From the IMG/VR virus record IMGVR_UViG_3300027770_001980, positions 62,001 through 126,000 of that record: DNA of 64,000 bases; one strand, given 5' to 3'. Position 1 is the first letter of the stretch, and every line of letters starts with the position of its first letter. Below the pieces are notes generated by a model that was not told where the DNA came from, did no database searches, and was given only the letters and a program-made list of their open reading frames with translations. This document shows, piece after piece, positions 35,307-46,200 of the stretch. Made by a program: the position numbers and the translations under genes.

Positions 35307-35335
35307 TTGCTCTTTTGATAAATTTAGTGTATAAT
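35307..35335 (+). promoter_or_regulatory. sigma70-type promoter for the VWA gene
   Basis: TTGCTC (35307-35312), 17 bp, TATAAT (35330-35335). Confidence 0.7.
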
Positions 35336-35361
35336 ATACACTTACACTGAAAGGATATGCT

Positions 35362-36627
35362 ATGTCTAAAGTAATGAAACAAGAACGCACTAAGAAAGAT
35401 TGGACTGATCGCCAATTTACTGAATCTGAAAAAAATAAAATTATTGAAAAACTGATCACCGCCCGTGTGGGCTTGCTGTTGAAGCATCCGTTCTTTGGTA
35501 ATCTTGCTACACGCATGAAGTTGGTTGATGCCAGCGATTGGTGTAGCACATTGGCTACAGATGGCCGCACCTTCTATTACAATAACGGCTTCGTGCATAA
35601 GTTGACTCCTAAAGAAGCAGAGTTTGGCTTTGCTCACGAAGTATTGCACAATGTATTTGATCACATGGGTCGTCGTGATCATCGTGATCCCCAACTGTCA
35701 AACATTGCCGCAGACTATGCTGCTAACCAAATTCTTAAAGACGAACATATTGGTATGGTGCCTAACTTCATTAAAATCTTCCAAGATGACAAATATCGTG
35801 GTTTGAGTTATGAAGAAATCTATGCCCTGCTTGAAGAAAAAGCCATCAAGATTGACTTAAGCCAACTTGGTGAACTATTGGACGATCACTTAGATGGCGA
35901 CGACGAAGGCGAAGGCGGTGGTGACAAGGATGGGGAAGATGTTGACGGAAGTGGTAAAGGTCGTCCTCGTCTAACCGCAGAAGAAAAGCGTCAGATCCGT
36001 GAGGAAATGAAAGAGGCTGTATTAGCGGCTGCACAATCTGCAGGTGCTGGACGAGTGCCAGCAGGTATCCGTCGTATGATCAGTGACTTCACTGAGCCTA
36101 AAATGGACTGGCGTCAAATCCTGCGTATGAATATCCAAAGTATCTTCAAGAGCAATTTTAGTTTCGCTCGACCTAATCGTAAGAGCCAACATTGCGGTGC
36201 TATACTGCCCGGAATGATGAATGAAGAAACTATCGATGTGTCAGTTGCTATTGACATGAGTGGTAGTATTTCAGATGCTATGGCTAAAGACTTCATCAGC
36301 GAAGTCAAAGGCATCATGGACGAATACAAGGACTTCCGTTTGGATCTGTGGTGCTTTGATACCCAAGTTTACAACTATGCTCGATTCACACCGGATGCTG
36401 CTGATGACATTTTGAGTTACGAAGTCAAAGGTGGTGGCGGTACTGACTTTGATGTTAACTTTGAATTCATGAAGAACGAAGATATCGTTCCTAAGAAGTT
36501 CATCATGTTTACAGATGGATATCCTTGCGGTAGTTGGGGTGACGAGGATTACTGTGATTCATTGTTTGTTATTCACGGTAATGAATCCATAATTTCACCC
36601 TTCGGCCAGACTGCTTATTATAAATAA
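35362..36627 (+). CDS. Metallopeptidase (HExxH) plus VWA domain protein (DUF2201-like)
   Basis: TLATDG, AHEVLH, acidic Gly linker, VAIDMSGS MIDAS, GGGGTDF, FTDG. Confidence 0.9.
   Translation: MSKVMKQERTKKDWTDRQFTESEKNKIIEKLITARVGLLLKHPFFGNLATRMKLVDASDWCSTLATDGRTFYYNNGFVHKLTPKEAEFGFAHEVLHNVFDHMGRRDHRDPQLSNIAADYAANQILKDEHIGMVPNFIKIFQDDKYRGLSYEEIYALLEEKAIKIDLSQLGELLDDHLDGDDEGEGGGDKDGEDVDGSGKGRPRLTAEEKRQIREEMKEAVLAAAQSAGAGRVPAGIRRMISDFTEPKMDWRQILRMNIQSIFKSNFSFARPNRKSQHCGAILPGMMNEETIDVSVAIDMSGSISDAMAKDFISEVKGIMDEYKDFRLDLWCFDTQVYNYARFTPDAADDILSYEVKGGGGTDFDVNFEFMKNEDIVPKKFIMFTDGYPCGSWGDEDYCDSLFVIHGNESIISPFGQTAYYK
36619..36626 (+). promoter_or_regulatory. T4 late promoter consensus TATAAATA
   Basis: Exact TATAAATA overlapping the VWA stop, 13 nt before the ATG at 36640. 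Confidence 0.55.
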
Positions 36628-36639
36628 AGTAGGTAGATA

Positions 36640-36930
36640 ATGTCTCTAAGTAGAGGAACGGTAAATGCTTTGTCGGTATTAGGATTAAGGAAACTATCCT
36701 TCATACCCGAGCATTTTACCAAACTTAAAATAGAACACCGATTTGATGTTAAAGACATTGAGCATTGGATCGAATACCACTTGGATGGTAGATATGCTAT
36801 CCGAGACAGTTATGGGTTGGACGATAACAGGAAACTCGTTACTATTACAGAAATAGGAATGGAAGACCCGAAAGAACTAACCATGCTGGCATTAGGATGT
36901 CAATTTTTAATTAAAAATAAGGAATTTTAA
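36640..36930 (+). CDS. Hypothetical protein
   Basis: 96 aa; IEHWIEYHLDGRY...IGMEDPKE. Confidence 0.65.
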   Translation: MSLSRGTVNALSVLGLRKLSFIPEHFTKLKIEHRFDVKDIEHWIEYHLDGRYAIRDSYGLDDNRKLVTITEIGMEDPKELTMLALGCQFLIKNKEF

Positions 36931-36931
36931 A

Positions 36932-37168
36932 ATGGAAGAACAAACACAAGTAGGCGCACAAGATGGCGCACCCGTTGCTCCAACTCCACCGGAACTAACT
37001 CTCACTGATCTCGCAAATCTGCGTTCAGTTGTTGAAGTAGCAGTTCGCCGTGGTGCATTCGCAGCAAATGAAGTATCAGCAGTTGGTGCAACATATGACA
37101 AAATCAATGCATTCTTAAATGCAGCGATGCCTCCGAAAACTGAAGAACAACCTGCAGCCACAGAATAA
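36932..37168 (+). CDS. Hypothetical protein
   Basis: 78 aa; LTLTDL...RGAFAANE..VG..YDKI..FL. Confidence 0.7.
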   Translation: MEEQTQVGAQDGAPVAPTPPELTLTDLANLRSVVEVAVRRGAFAANEVSAVGATYDKINAFLNAAMPPKTEEQPAATE

Positions 37169-37181
37169 AAAGGAGATTAGC

Positions 37182-37838
37182 ATGGCAAGAGAAATAAAGC
37201 ATATAGGGAAGATGAAAAACAATTCTGCAAGGGTTGCAGTTGTTTATAGAACTCTACCCGACGAGCATACTAATGCATTGGTTATAGGAACAAACGGTCT
37301 TACCGATTCCTATCATGATGCATTTATGAGTTTGCTCGAAAGTGATTCGGGACAACAAGCCAACGAATTAGCTGATGTATTAGCAGTACGCCGATTCCCC
37401 GATGGAACCGCCATGCTACAATATTTGCATGTCAATGGTCACTTGAAAAAAGTTCCAACCGATATGGTAATCATGACGCCCAACACACAGGCATCTATTC
37501 CTTTAGATAAACTCAATCAGATGATTGCTGATCAGAAGGGTGTAAGTATCGAAGATCTTGCAGTATCTGATGAATCGTCGAAAAAAGATAAGAAGACTAA
37601 GCCTATTAAAGAGGAAATCATTGTACCGGACGAAGTAATTATTCAGGATACAAAGAAATCTGTAATAGTTGAATCCTCTGATGAGATTTCCGATCCAGAA
37701 GTCATTGCTAAACAGTATCGTGCCAAGGCTGACAAGTTAGCCAAGGATGCTGCTAATTTCCGTAGAATGGCAGATGCGATTGATCCACCTAAGGTTAAAG
37801 CACCGGCTAAGTCCAAGAAAGCAGTTGAAACTGTCTAA
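37182..37838 (+). CDS. Hypothetical protein
   Basis: Start refined to ATG 37182 after AAGGAG. Confidence 0.7.
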   Translation: MAREIKHIGKMKNNSARVAVVYRTLPDEHTNALVIGTNGLTDSYHDAFMSLLESDSGQQANELADVLAVRRFPDGTAMLQYLHVNGHLKKVPTDMVIMTPNTQASIPLDKLNQMIADQKGVSIEDLAVSDESSKKDKKTKPIKEEIIVPDEVIIQDTKKSVIVESSDEISDPEVIAKQYRAKADKLAKDAANFRRMADAIDPPKVKAPAKSKKAVETV

Positions 37839-38716
37839 TGACAAATCCAGAAACTGCTTATCTCAATGCTCTACAAGACATATTAGAGACAGGTGAACAT
37901 CGTCCCGATCGCACAGGCGTAGGGACCATCAGTAAGTTTGGACTACAGTTAAAGTTTGATCTACAACAAGGATTTCCAGCCATTACCACAAAACGGTTGG
38001 CTTGGAAATCTGTTGTTAGTGAATTACTTTGGTTTATAGAAGGCAGCGGTGATGAGAATCGTCTAAAAGAAATTCTACACGGTAGCCGCAATACTAAAGA
38101 AAACACGATCTGGACAGGTAATGCCAATGCAGACTATTGGCAACCGAAGGCTCGATTCAAAGGTGACCTTGGTAGAGTATATGGAGTGCAATGGCGTTCA
38201 TGGCGTGCTCCAGTGTTTGGTGCCAATCGTATGGGTGTCAAACATATCGATCAACTACAACAGTTGATAAACGGTATCAATAAAGATCCATATGGACGCA
38301 GACATATCATCAGTGCATGGAACCCAGGTGAATTAGATCTAATGGCATTACCACCATGTCACATGATGGCCCAATTCTATGTCAGCAATGGCCGATTGAG
38401 TTGCCACATGTATCAGCGTAGTGCAGATTTTGGATTAGGTGTGCCGTTTAACATTGCGAGTTATGCATTGTTTACGCATATGATTGCACAGAATTGTAAT
38501 TTAAGAGTAGGTGAACTTATTATTTCGTTTGGAGATGCTCATATCTATGAGAATCATATTGACCAGGTAAAAGAGCAACTAACTAGAGTACCGTTGTTAT
38601 TTCCGACTCTCAAACTAAATCCAGCAATTGATCATATTACAAAGTTCACAATGAATGATATTGAACTTCTTAACTATCAGTGTCATTCAACTATAAAAAT
38701 GCCAATGGCAGTTTAA
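37838..38716 (+). CDS. thyA: Thymidylate synthase
   Basis: RPDRTGVGT, VYGVQWR, ALPPCH, YQRSAD, VPFNIASY, GDAHIYENH. Confidence 0.97.
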   Translation: MTNPETAYLNALQDILETGEHRPDRTGVGTISKFGLQLKFDLQQGFPAITTKRLAWKSVVSELLWFIEGSGDENRLKEILHGSRNTKENTIWTGNANADYWQPKARFKGDLGRVYGVQWRSWRAPVFGANRMGVKHIDQLQQLINGINKDPYGRRHIISAWNPGELDLMALPPCHMMAQFYVSNGRLSCHMYQRSADFGLGVPFNIASYALFTHMIAQNCNLRVGELIISFGDAHIYENHIDQVKEQLTRVPLLFPTLKLNPAIDHITKFTMNDIELLNYQCHSTIKMPMAV

Positions 38717-38758
38717 TATATTAAAAGGTACTCCTAGTATGCGTATGCTAAATAATAT

Positions 38759-39334
38759 GTGGACAATAAAACAATATATCATATACATCATATAATTCCA
38801 AAACATATGGGCGGCACAGATGAGCCGTCTAATTTAATACGGCTCACTATAGAAGAGCATGCCGAGGCGCATCGATTACTGTTCGAGCAATATAAAAGCA
38901 AATTTGATTATATTGCCTATATGGTATTATCTAAACAAATCGGGCACGAGGAAGCAAACTATATAAAACTATTAGGTCCAAAAAACTGGACCAAAGAAGG
39001 TAAACAAAAACTTTCCGATATAGGAAAAACTCGAATAGGAGAGAAAAATGCGTTCTATGGTAAACGGCACACAGAAGAGACAAAGCAGCGACAACGAGAA
39101 AACTGCAATAAGTGGATTAAAGGAATAGATCCAGTATTACTTCCTTATACGAAACACTATCAAATAATCTATCCAAATGGTACAATTAAACAAGTTGCAG
39201 GATTAAAAATTATTTCAGAAGAGTTTAACGTTAGTATTCCTAACATTTATGCCACTATAAAAAGAATTGCAAAAGGAAAAATACCAAATAAAGGTGTATT
39301 TTCCGGAATCGTAATTCAAGAAATAGTAGTTTAA
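38759..39334 (+). CDS. HNH homing endonuclease with NUMOD3-like DNA-binding motif
   Basis: HHIIPKHMGGTDEPSNLIRLTIEEHAEAH (HNH); FYGKRHTEETKQ (NUMOD3-like); free-standing after thyA. Confidence 0.85.
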   Translation: MDNKTIYHIHHIIPKHMGGTDEPSNLIRLTIEEHAEAHRLLFEQYKSKFDYIAYMVLSKQIGHEEANYIKLLGPKNWTKEGKQKLSDIGKTRIGEKNAFYGKRHTEETKQRQRENCNKWIKGIDPVLLPYTKHYQIIYPNGTIKQVAGLKIISEEFNVSIPNIYATIKRIAKGKIPNKGVFSGIVIQEIVV

Positions 39335-40614
39335 ACTACTAATACTTCAATAACCGCAAAGCCTTCGAAGTTATCTTCGAGGGCTTTTGCTATTACAGCA
39401 TTTGGACTATCGCCTTCCTTGAATGCCTCAGCGTGACCACACCGTGTGCTACTAACTAACAAATCACCCTTTAGTATAGTGCCCACAACCTGGCAAGGAA
39501 CGCGGCCTTTTAAGGCAATATAGGGGTGAGTTTCGTCGGATCCTGCCTCGGAATTCATCATATAACCTGGGTTTTTAGACACAATTCCTGCCACTGCGGT
39601 GTTAGCACGAGTTTCAGTAACTGTAACTTCTTTATCGCCACCTATTACTAAAACGGTTCCGGGTGAATATATATCATCTGCCGCATATCTTTCAGCAAGA
39701 TCTGCATATAACGCACTGGTAGCGACACCCTCGAATCTGGTTGCCTTGACAAAGTTGGTAGAAGGATTATATGTAAATCCATAATCAACACTTACCGTTG
39801 CATTAGAGTTGGAAGTAGTATTTAGGAATGCCACTGGTTTATATAAATTAGCAGAAGAAACTGAATAATCCAATGTGCCAGACTTAGTTGCAAAGTTTGC
39901 ATTTATAGAATGGGCGGCTGTTCCCCACATTATTATTCCATCGGAATACGCATTAGATCCATCTACTGTAGCAGAAACCCCAGTAGTAGGATGAGCCCCA
40001 ATTAGATTAATACCTTTGTATAATTTAAGAGCAGGAGATTGAGCAACATAGATAGGATAAGTACCTGATGCATCTGCATATACTTCATATTCTTGATTAG
40101 AGACAACCGATACCACATCGGCGCCTATAACAGCCTTGATATTGTAAATAGGAGTTGATGGATCAGCAACATCTTTTTCAAAATCTCCTCTCCATCCTGC
40201 TTGCTTATCTGCACCAGTAGGTGGTCCGATTAAAACATAGTCAGTACCATTATATGCAAATAGTTGTTCGCCGGCGGTATAGTACCATAGATCCCCCAAT
40301 GAAGGTGTTTTTCCACCATCTAAATACGGGTTCACCTCGGTGATTTCTAAGTTAGCAATACCTTTCCAGTTTGACGAATTATAAACATTCAATTTTTTAT
40401 TAGCGGAATCATACCAAATTTGACCTTCAATTGGTTTAGATGGTTCTGTTGTATTAGCAAAGTTTTCTAATAATCTTATAAAATTCTCATTTTGAAACTC
40501 GCCGTATCCAGCATAGTTACGACCTAAAAACTTTAAATCTGTGGTTTGATCTATAGAGGCATCTTGTACTGTTACCAATATAGATCCGTTAGTTTTGTTT
40601 AAAATATATGCCAT
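39331..40614 (-). CDS. Tail fibre-like protein with C-terminal chaperone-like domain
   Basis: N-terminal GRNYAGYGE...LLENFA...P..PIEGQIWYD; C-terminal ADLAERY...PGTVLVIGG...IALKGRVPCQV. Confidence 0.75.
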   Translation of the reverse strand: MAYILNKTNGSILVTVQDASIDQTTDLKFLGRNYAGYGEFQNENFIRLLENFANTTEPSKPIEGQIWYDSANKKLNVYNSSNWKGIANLEITEVNPYLDGGKTPSLGDLWYYTAGEQLFAYNGTDYVLIGPPTGADKQAGWRGDFEKDVADPSTPIYNIKAVIGADVVSVVSNQEYEVYADASGTYPIYVAQSPALKLYKGINLIGAHPTTGVSATVDGSNAYSDGIIMWGTAAHSINANFATKSGTLDYSVSSANLYKPVAFLNTTSNSNATVSVDYGFTYNPSTNFVKATRFEGVATSALYADLAERYAADDIYSPGTVLVIGGDKEVTVTETRANTAVAGIVSKNPGYMMNSEAGSDETHPYIALKGRVPCQVVGTILKGDLLVSSTRCGHAEAFKEGDSPNAVIAKALEDNFEGFAVIEVLVV

Positions 40615-40625
40615 TTAAATTTACC

Positions 40626-41606
40626 TTAAATTTTTACAACATTGGTATATTCACCAATACCAGAATCATAATATAAATCATATGATTTCCAAGCATTCAT
40701 AGTTGGATGTATAGGATCTACTATAAGATGAAATCTTCTTACCGTGATAGCATAACCAGTATGATAACATGTAACTTTTGCATCGGATCCAATTGGATAT
40801 CCTACCTCGTCGGTTAATGCATTAGTGGATGTACTAAAAACCTTAGCAAGAAAACTACCAATAGCAACATTTGCGGTTGTAATGTTTCCAGGTAAGGCCG
40901 GGTTACCATAAGAAGTTATATCATAAAATGCCGTCAATGTTTGAACAGGAGGTAATTGCCTAACACCATTAATATAAAGATCGCCTTTAACATCAAAATC
41001 ATTAATGACAGTAACACCCGATACTACAGTAGTAGTAGATGCCACATTAAAATAAGTATCAGAGTCTGATGATTTCATTGTAAACGGAGAAGTGGTTATC
41101 AACCCTACAGCATTACCATATGAATACAGTACCCCAACTGTTTGTGGATAATTTGTATCATCCTCTCTAATAGTTGAGCTCGGTGGTTCTACTCCAAACT
41201 TTCCAGATAATCCTGATACAGCAGGACCGACTAATTTGTAATCATTATCATAATAAACATTCAATTGACTGTTTATTGTATCATACCATAAATCACCTTC
41301 TGCAGATACTGTTGGAATTGTTCCACTTACTTCTACACCATAAGGTGAACTAAAATATTCACCATTATAAACTTTTAATTGGCCTGTATCAGAATTGTAC
41401 CAAAGTTGTCCAGCTTGCGGACTTCTCGGTTCTTCATTGTATGAAAAATTTGTTAAGAGTCTAACGAAGTTTTGAGATACATATTGCCCGTAGTCATTGA
41501 CATTTTTTCCAATCAGATCTAAACTGGTTGTACTACTATCAACATCGCCTGTGGCTATTGTTGTTAATATAGTTGTACCGTCGTTATTATATATAATGTA
41601 TGCCAT
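40626..41606 (-). CDS. Tail/baseplate fibre-like protein (paralogous N-terminus)
   Basis: GKNVNDYGQ...LLTNFS...P.SPQAGQLWYN. Confidence 0.7.
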   Translation of the reverse strand: MAYIIYNNDGTTILTTIATGDVDSSTTSLDLIGKNVNDYGQYVSQNFVRLLTNFSYNEEPRSPQAGQLWYNSDTGQLKVYNGEYFSSPYGVEVSGTIPTVSAEGDLWYDTINSQLNVYYDNDYKLVGPAVSGLSGKFGVEPPSSTIREDDTNYPQTVGVLYSYGNAVGLITTSPFTMKSSDSDTYFNVASTTTVVSGVTVINDFDVKGDLYINGVRQLPPVQTLTAFYDITSYGNPALPGNITTANVAIGSFLAKVFSTSTNALTDEVGYPIGSDAKVTCYHTGYAITVRRFHLIVDPIHPTMNAWKSYDLYYDSGIGEYTNVVKI

Positions 41607-41610
41607 GATT

Positions 41611-42588
41611 TTATGTCTTTATGATATATGTTAAATAGATGCTCGATGTAATCCTTGTAGATGTTGTCATATCTGGAGTTTTAAAAGTTCCAGAGCCGGC
41701 AGTACCATATGTAGTTCCTATCACATTATAAAGATCAGGATATGCTGTTGTCGAGACAGTACTATGATCGCACCTTAAATATCCAGACGGAATTGAAGAT
41801 GAATTTCCATAACCAATAATCATTCCAGTTACAACTAAATTTGGAGATATGTCTGTAGAAACTTTAGTAGTGGTAATAACATCAGATGCTTGTATAAGAA
41901 CACCCGGAGATAATTCTAAAGCAGATGCTTTTTCTGCTAATCCATTATATTTTGAAACTACTTTATTTGTTAGATTTGTGCCAATTTTTATTGTCGCAAA
42001 TCCATCAATTACAGTTCTTGGAGTAAATGCATTATAGGAAATAATTTCAACAACACTACCATTAGCCCAATTTTTAATAATAGGATAACTAACGCCGGTG
42101 GTACTGGTAGCAGAAGTTACTTCACTACCGGTTTTATTGATCCCACTTAAAAAATGAGGGCCAACAATAGTCCAACTATTATTATTTCTAATTTTTAATT
42201 GATTACTGGCGGTATCAACCCATATATCGCCATTTGAAATATCAGAATTTTCATTATTCAAAGTCGGGTCGTCGCTTTGTTTATATATTCCGCTTGTTGA
42301 TGGCCATATATTGGCCTTTCCGTTATAAACTCTTAAAACAGGTTTTGTTACATCACTTGTATCATACCATAATTGCCCTTTAACCGGGTTTGAAGGTTTG
42401 GATGCACCTGAAAAATTTTCTAATAGTTTTAAAAAATTTTGTGCTATAGGACGTCCAAAATTTTTATAACCGGCTCCTACTAATTCTAAACTGGTTGAAT
42501 AATTATTAAGTCCAGTGCCCTCAGCCGTTGAATAAACTATTACCTTAGAGCTGGTACTTGTATCTGAAAAGTTTAATGTATATGACAT
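41611..42588 (-). CDS. Tail fibre-like protein with C-terminal phage tail-collar domain
   Basis: GAGYKNFG...LLENFS...PVKGQLWYD; collar motif GMIIGY...PSGYLRCD...YPDLYNVIGTTYG...FKTPDM. Confidence 0.8.
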   Translation of the reverse strand: MSYTLNFSDTSTSSKVIVYSTAEGTGLNNYSTSLELVGAGYKNFGRPIAQNFLKLLENFSGASKPSNPVKGQLWYDTSDVTKPVLRVYNGKANIWPSTSGIYKQSDDPTLNNENSDISNGDIWVDTASNQLKIRNNNSWTIVGPHFLSGINKTGSEVTSATSTTGVSYPIIKNWANGSVVEIISYNAFTPRTVIDGFATIKIGTNLTNKVVSKYNGLAEKASALELSPGVLIQASDVITTTKVSTDISPNLVVTGMIIGYGNSSSIPSGYLRCDHSTVSTTAYPDLYNVIGTTYGTAGSGTFKTPDMTTSTRITSSIYLTYIIKT

Positions 42589-42590
42589 GA

Positions 42591-43235
42591 TTAAATTCCA
42601 GTACTAATACTTTGTATTCTTATAGTATAATCAATTTGAATCATCCTGTTCAAGGATTTCTGAACAGGGTGAAATATAACATGAGTCAATAAAATACCCA
42701 TATTTGGACCATCTACCGAATAGGATCTTAATCCTAATTCATCAAATATATAATCTGTGGTACTTGATGTACCTGTGTCAAACGCCGATTGATCATTTGG
42801 CTCACCAAAATCTAATAAACAACTTACAAGAACATCGGTGTAGGCGGTTCCCGTAAGATGTCTTGTTTCCATAAAATTTCTGGCAGGATCTATAGAAGAA
42901 TTTCTTTTAGAATCAACTGTTTTGTAATAAGTTTGATTATATAAAGCTGCATCACTACCTACTGTATTAGGGGTAAGATATGTGATAATTCCTGTGGGGT
43001 CAACACGAGAGCCTCCGTTACCAAACATCATTTCAGCAATCGGTCCATTATCTTGATTTGAAATACTTTGTGCTAATGCTATTGAAAAGTTTTCATAATG
43101 AATAGCATTTCTCTTGTCAACAAATACTTCTTTTGTGGTAGGATCAAATATTTTGATGTGTCCTTGAACACTGACTCCACCTTTTTCAGTAGGCTTTATA
43201 TCTTTAGGTATATTATTCATGTTTTTATTATCCAT
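42591..43235 (-). CDS. Baseplate/tail structural protein
   Basis: Start refined to ATG 43235, just downstream of a minus-strand ATAAATA; NAIHYEN, FDELGL, FHPVQKSLNR. Confidence 0.65.
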   Translation of the reverse strand: MDNKNMNNIPKDIKPTEKGGVSVQGHIKIFDPTTKEVFVDKRNAIHYENFSIALAQSISNQDNGPIAEMMFGNGGSRVDPTGIITYLTPNTVGSDAALYNQTYYKTVDSKRNSSIDPARNFMETRHLTGTAYTDVLVSCLLDFGEPNDQSAFDTGTSSTTDYIFDELGLRSYSVDGPNMGILLTHVIFHPVQKSLNRMIQIDYTIRIQSISTGI

Positions 43236-43240
43236 AACGG

Positions 43241-43247
43241 TATTTAT
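43241..43247 (-). promoter_or_regulatory. Putative late promoter core (ATAAATA, minus strand)
   Basis: TATTTAT on + strand, 5 nt before the refined start. Confidence 0.5.
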
Positions 43248-43266
43248 CTTTGTATCTTCTGGCAAC

Positions 43267-46200
43267 TTATCCACCATAATAGTATCTATCAGGTAGTACA
43301 GCTTCTTTTTCACGCATAAAGATTGCCTGTGTAGCAGTACTATTAATTAGTGAAACTTGCTTGGTGCCTGACCAAATTGAACCTTTTTTCTGTACAATAG
43401 TAATATCTGTATTAATTCCATTGGTGTCTGAAATATTTAACACTAATGTTCTCGTAGAGGTATTAATTGTAAATTCAGGTGGTAATGTTACTAAACTGGT
43501 ATCAGAAGGATCATAAGAGATAGATGTATCATGATATACCAATGAGCTCTTACGCAATTGTCTTCCTCCATAATATACAGTGACTTGATCAACTGCATTA
43601 ATTCCGCTGGTAAGAACAATACCGTCTCCAATAATGCTATTGGTCACAGTGCTAATAATATATGTTGTAGCTGTTGTAGAAGTAGTTTGTACTAATGTTG
43701 TTTCAGAAGAATACGGTAATATCTGTAATCTACTTTGATCAATTACCTTTGTTCCTACATCGGAGTAAGATGTAGCTCCAGTACCCATTGTACTTCTTCT
43801 TAGTTGACGTAGAACATTTCCATCTTTACGGAAATATTCAATACGCTCTCCATCAATTAACACTACTCCAGGATCATTTGTTAACGGATCCGGCGAATAT
43901 AAACCTGTAGGGTCAACAACATGTATTTCTGTAGATGTATCATCAAATGATTCTGATAAAGTAGTTGAATAAAATTCAGATAGTCTATGGAAATCCAGTG
44001 TACCTGACATATCTTCGAACATTCTGAATCCAAGTATCTGAGATCCATAATTCAAAGGATTAATAGTTGTGATAATTACTGTATCTCCAGTACCAACAGA
44101 AATATCGTTGCTAATTTTTATAGTTTTAGAATCTTCCAATATTTCATAGTCAAATCTTGCTGTTAAAGGAACACCATTAACATATACCCAAACATAATTG
44201 TCATTTAATGCCGGTAGAGACAATGTAAATCTTCTAAGTGGAGTTCCATCAAACTCTTCGGTTCGTATCATCATGTTATCGTGATCTGTAAAAGATAGAA
44301 CACGTATGTTATTATTCTCAATAGCATTTGCAAATATTAATGTATCTCCTTCAATGGTAAAATCATATTCGCCATCAATTAATCCTACTATTGCAACTAC
44401 ATCACCGTTTCTTAATAATCCATCTACAATTGTTATTGTGTTATTAGCTGAATTGAAAGAATACTCAAATCCAGAACGCAACATCACACCGTTGGCATAT
44501 ACAAATACAGTATCAGTGATATAACTATCAGGATCTCTGTTATGTTTGTTATCAATCTTGAATGTGCGTTGATTTCTTTGTATCTGATAATAACTGGTAG
44601 AAGGAGGTCTTAATCTTGTTACAGTAGTTGTACCTAATTCAACAATCACTTGTTCGCTAACAGGTTCCGCGGTTCCGGGTGCAATAGACATTGTAAATAC
44701 CGATTGTGGTGCTGGTAGATAAAATGTGATGTATTCCACAACATTGAAGTATAAAGCAGGATCCGACGGATATATGACTATCCATGGAGAATATGTTACT
44801 GTATCTATAGATTCAATTGAGTAATAGTTTCCATTTTTATAGATTTTCCAATCAGTTGTTAAATCAAAATCCAGATAATTATTTCCATTAATGATAAGAA
44901 CGTTCCATGGACTGTTTCCAAATCCTAAAGATGAAGCAATCAGTGGATTTGATATTTGCGCCAAATAATTCTCACCATTCCCAGGCGTGAACACTTCTTC
45001 ATGTATTCTATTAAACTTTGTATATTCAGATTCAAAGAACCATGCTTGGATGGTATGAGAATAACCAGTATCTGGTAAAAGATATACTTTCACACAGGCT
45101 CGTTTATTAGTAGGACTAACTTGTTCTATCATATAACCATATTGAGAAGATGTAGCGACTTCACTAATTTCTTGTCCATCTACCAATACATATGCACTAC
45201 GGACATCATTTATGCTGGCTAAACTTTCTACGGTTGCCGACGGCCCGGTTGCTGTAACCATCTTATGATCAAGAACAGAATAGTCGCCTCCTACTGTTAT
45301 TATTGTATATCCTGCTCTTCCTGTTACAGATTGGATGTTACAATAAATGGTGTTTCCTTCCATATAGTATTGATTAAGGCCGGTGAAAGAATTTCCATCA
45401 GCGACACGATCAAATATACTTCCATTAAAATGTACAGTTACGAATGCAGATCCATCAATTGGCATAGTTAATGTATAATAATTATAGGAAACAGTATTTG
45501 ATATTGGGAATGATCCAGAATACACCATAGCATAAGAGTTTGATGCTTTAGTGTAAACATTAATTCCCAATGTATCCAATACAGTTCCTGCTACACATTC
45601 CTCTGGTGCATAACCGTTTTGGATATTCAAGAATGCATCTCCATCTATAGTGTAATCGACTGGATTTACTTCAAATGTGCTTGAAATTTCTCGACTGGTG
45701 GCATCTGTGTAAAATACAGTAGGCAAATAATCTGTTTTCCAGAATTCAACTATTGGATCAGAATATAGCTTGATATCCATATAATAACTTGGATCAGTTA
45801 AATTATAAAATTCAATAATAATATTACCATTGACATTCTCCATCGGCCACCAGTACTCCTGTGCAGGAATAGGTCCATTAACAGGATCGCCTATTGGCAT
45901 AAACGTGCCTTCGTTATTTTTACGAATTTCGATTTTACTCACTTCTTTAAATAGAATTAAAATTTCAAAGAAATAAGTAGATGTGTCTGTTACAAAAGTT
46001 TCTTTTATATTATCTAATAAACTTGTTCCTGTTGTTACATTTTTTAATACCGAAGAAATAATCAACGTGGCGGTTGACGAAGGATACGAAGTTACTGTAG
46101 AAAGAACTGTAGTTGCAGTTACAATAAATTTGTCTGTATCAATTACTGACCTAACTGTGTATATTCCATTAAATCCAGCATCATCTATACCACTTATCGT

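Noticed and set aside
34855-35694. 279-aa minus-strand ORF across the MoxR/VWA genes
   Set aside because: Antisense shadow of two well-supported genes, crosses a terminator, no motifs, no SD.
43236-43313. Apparent overlap of the 240-aa ORF with the end of the giant gene
   Set aside because: The later ATG at 43235, just after an ATAAATA motif, is the more plausible start.
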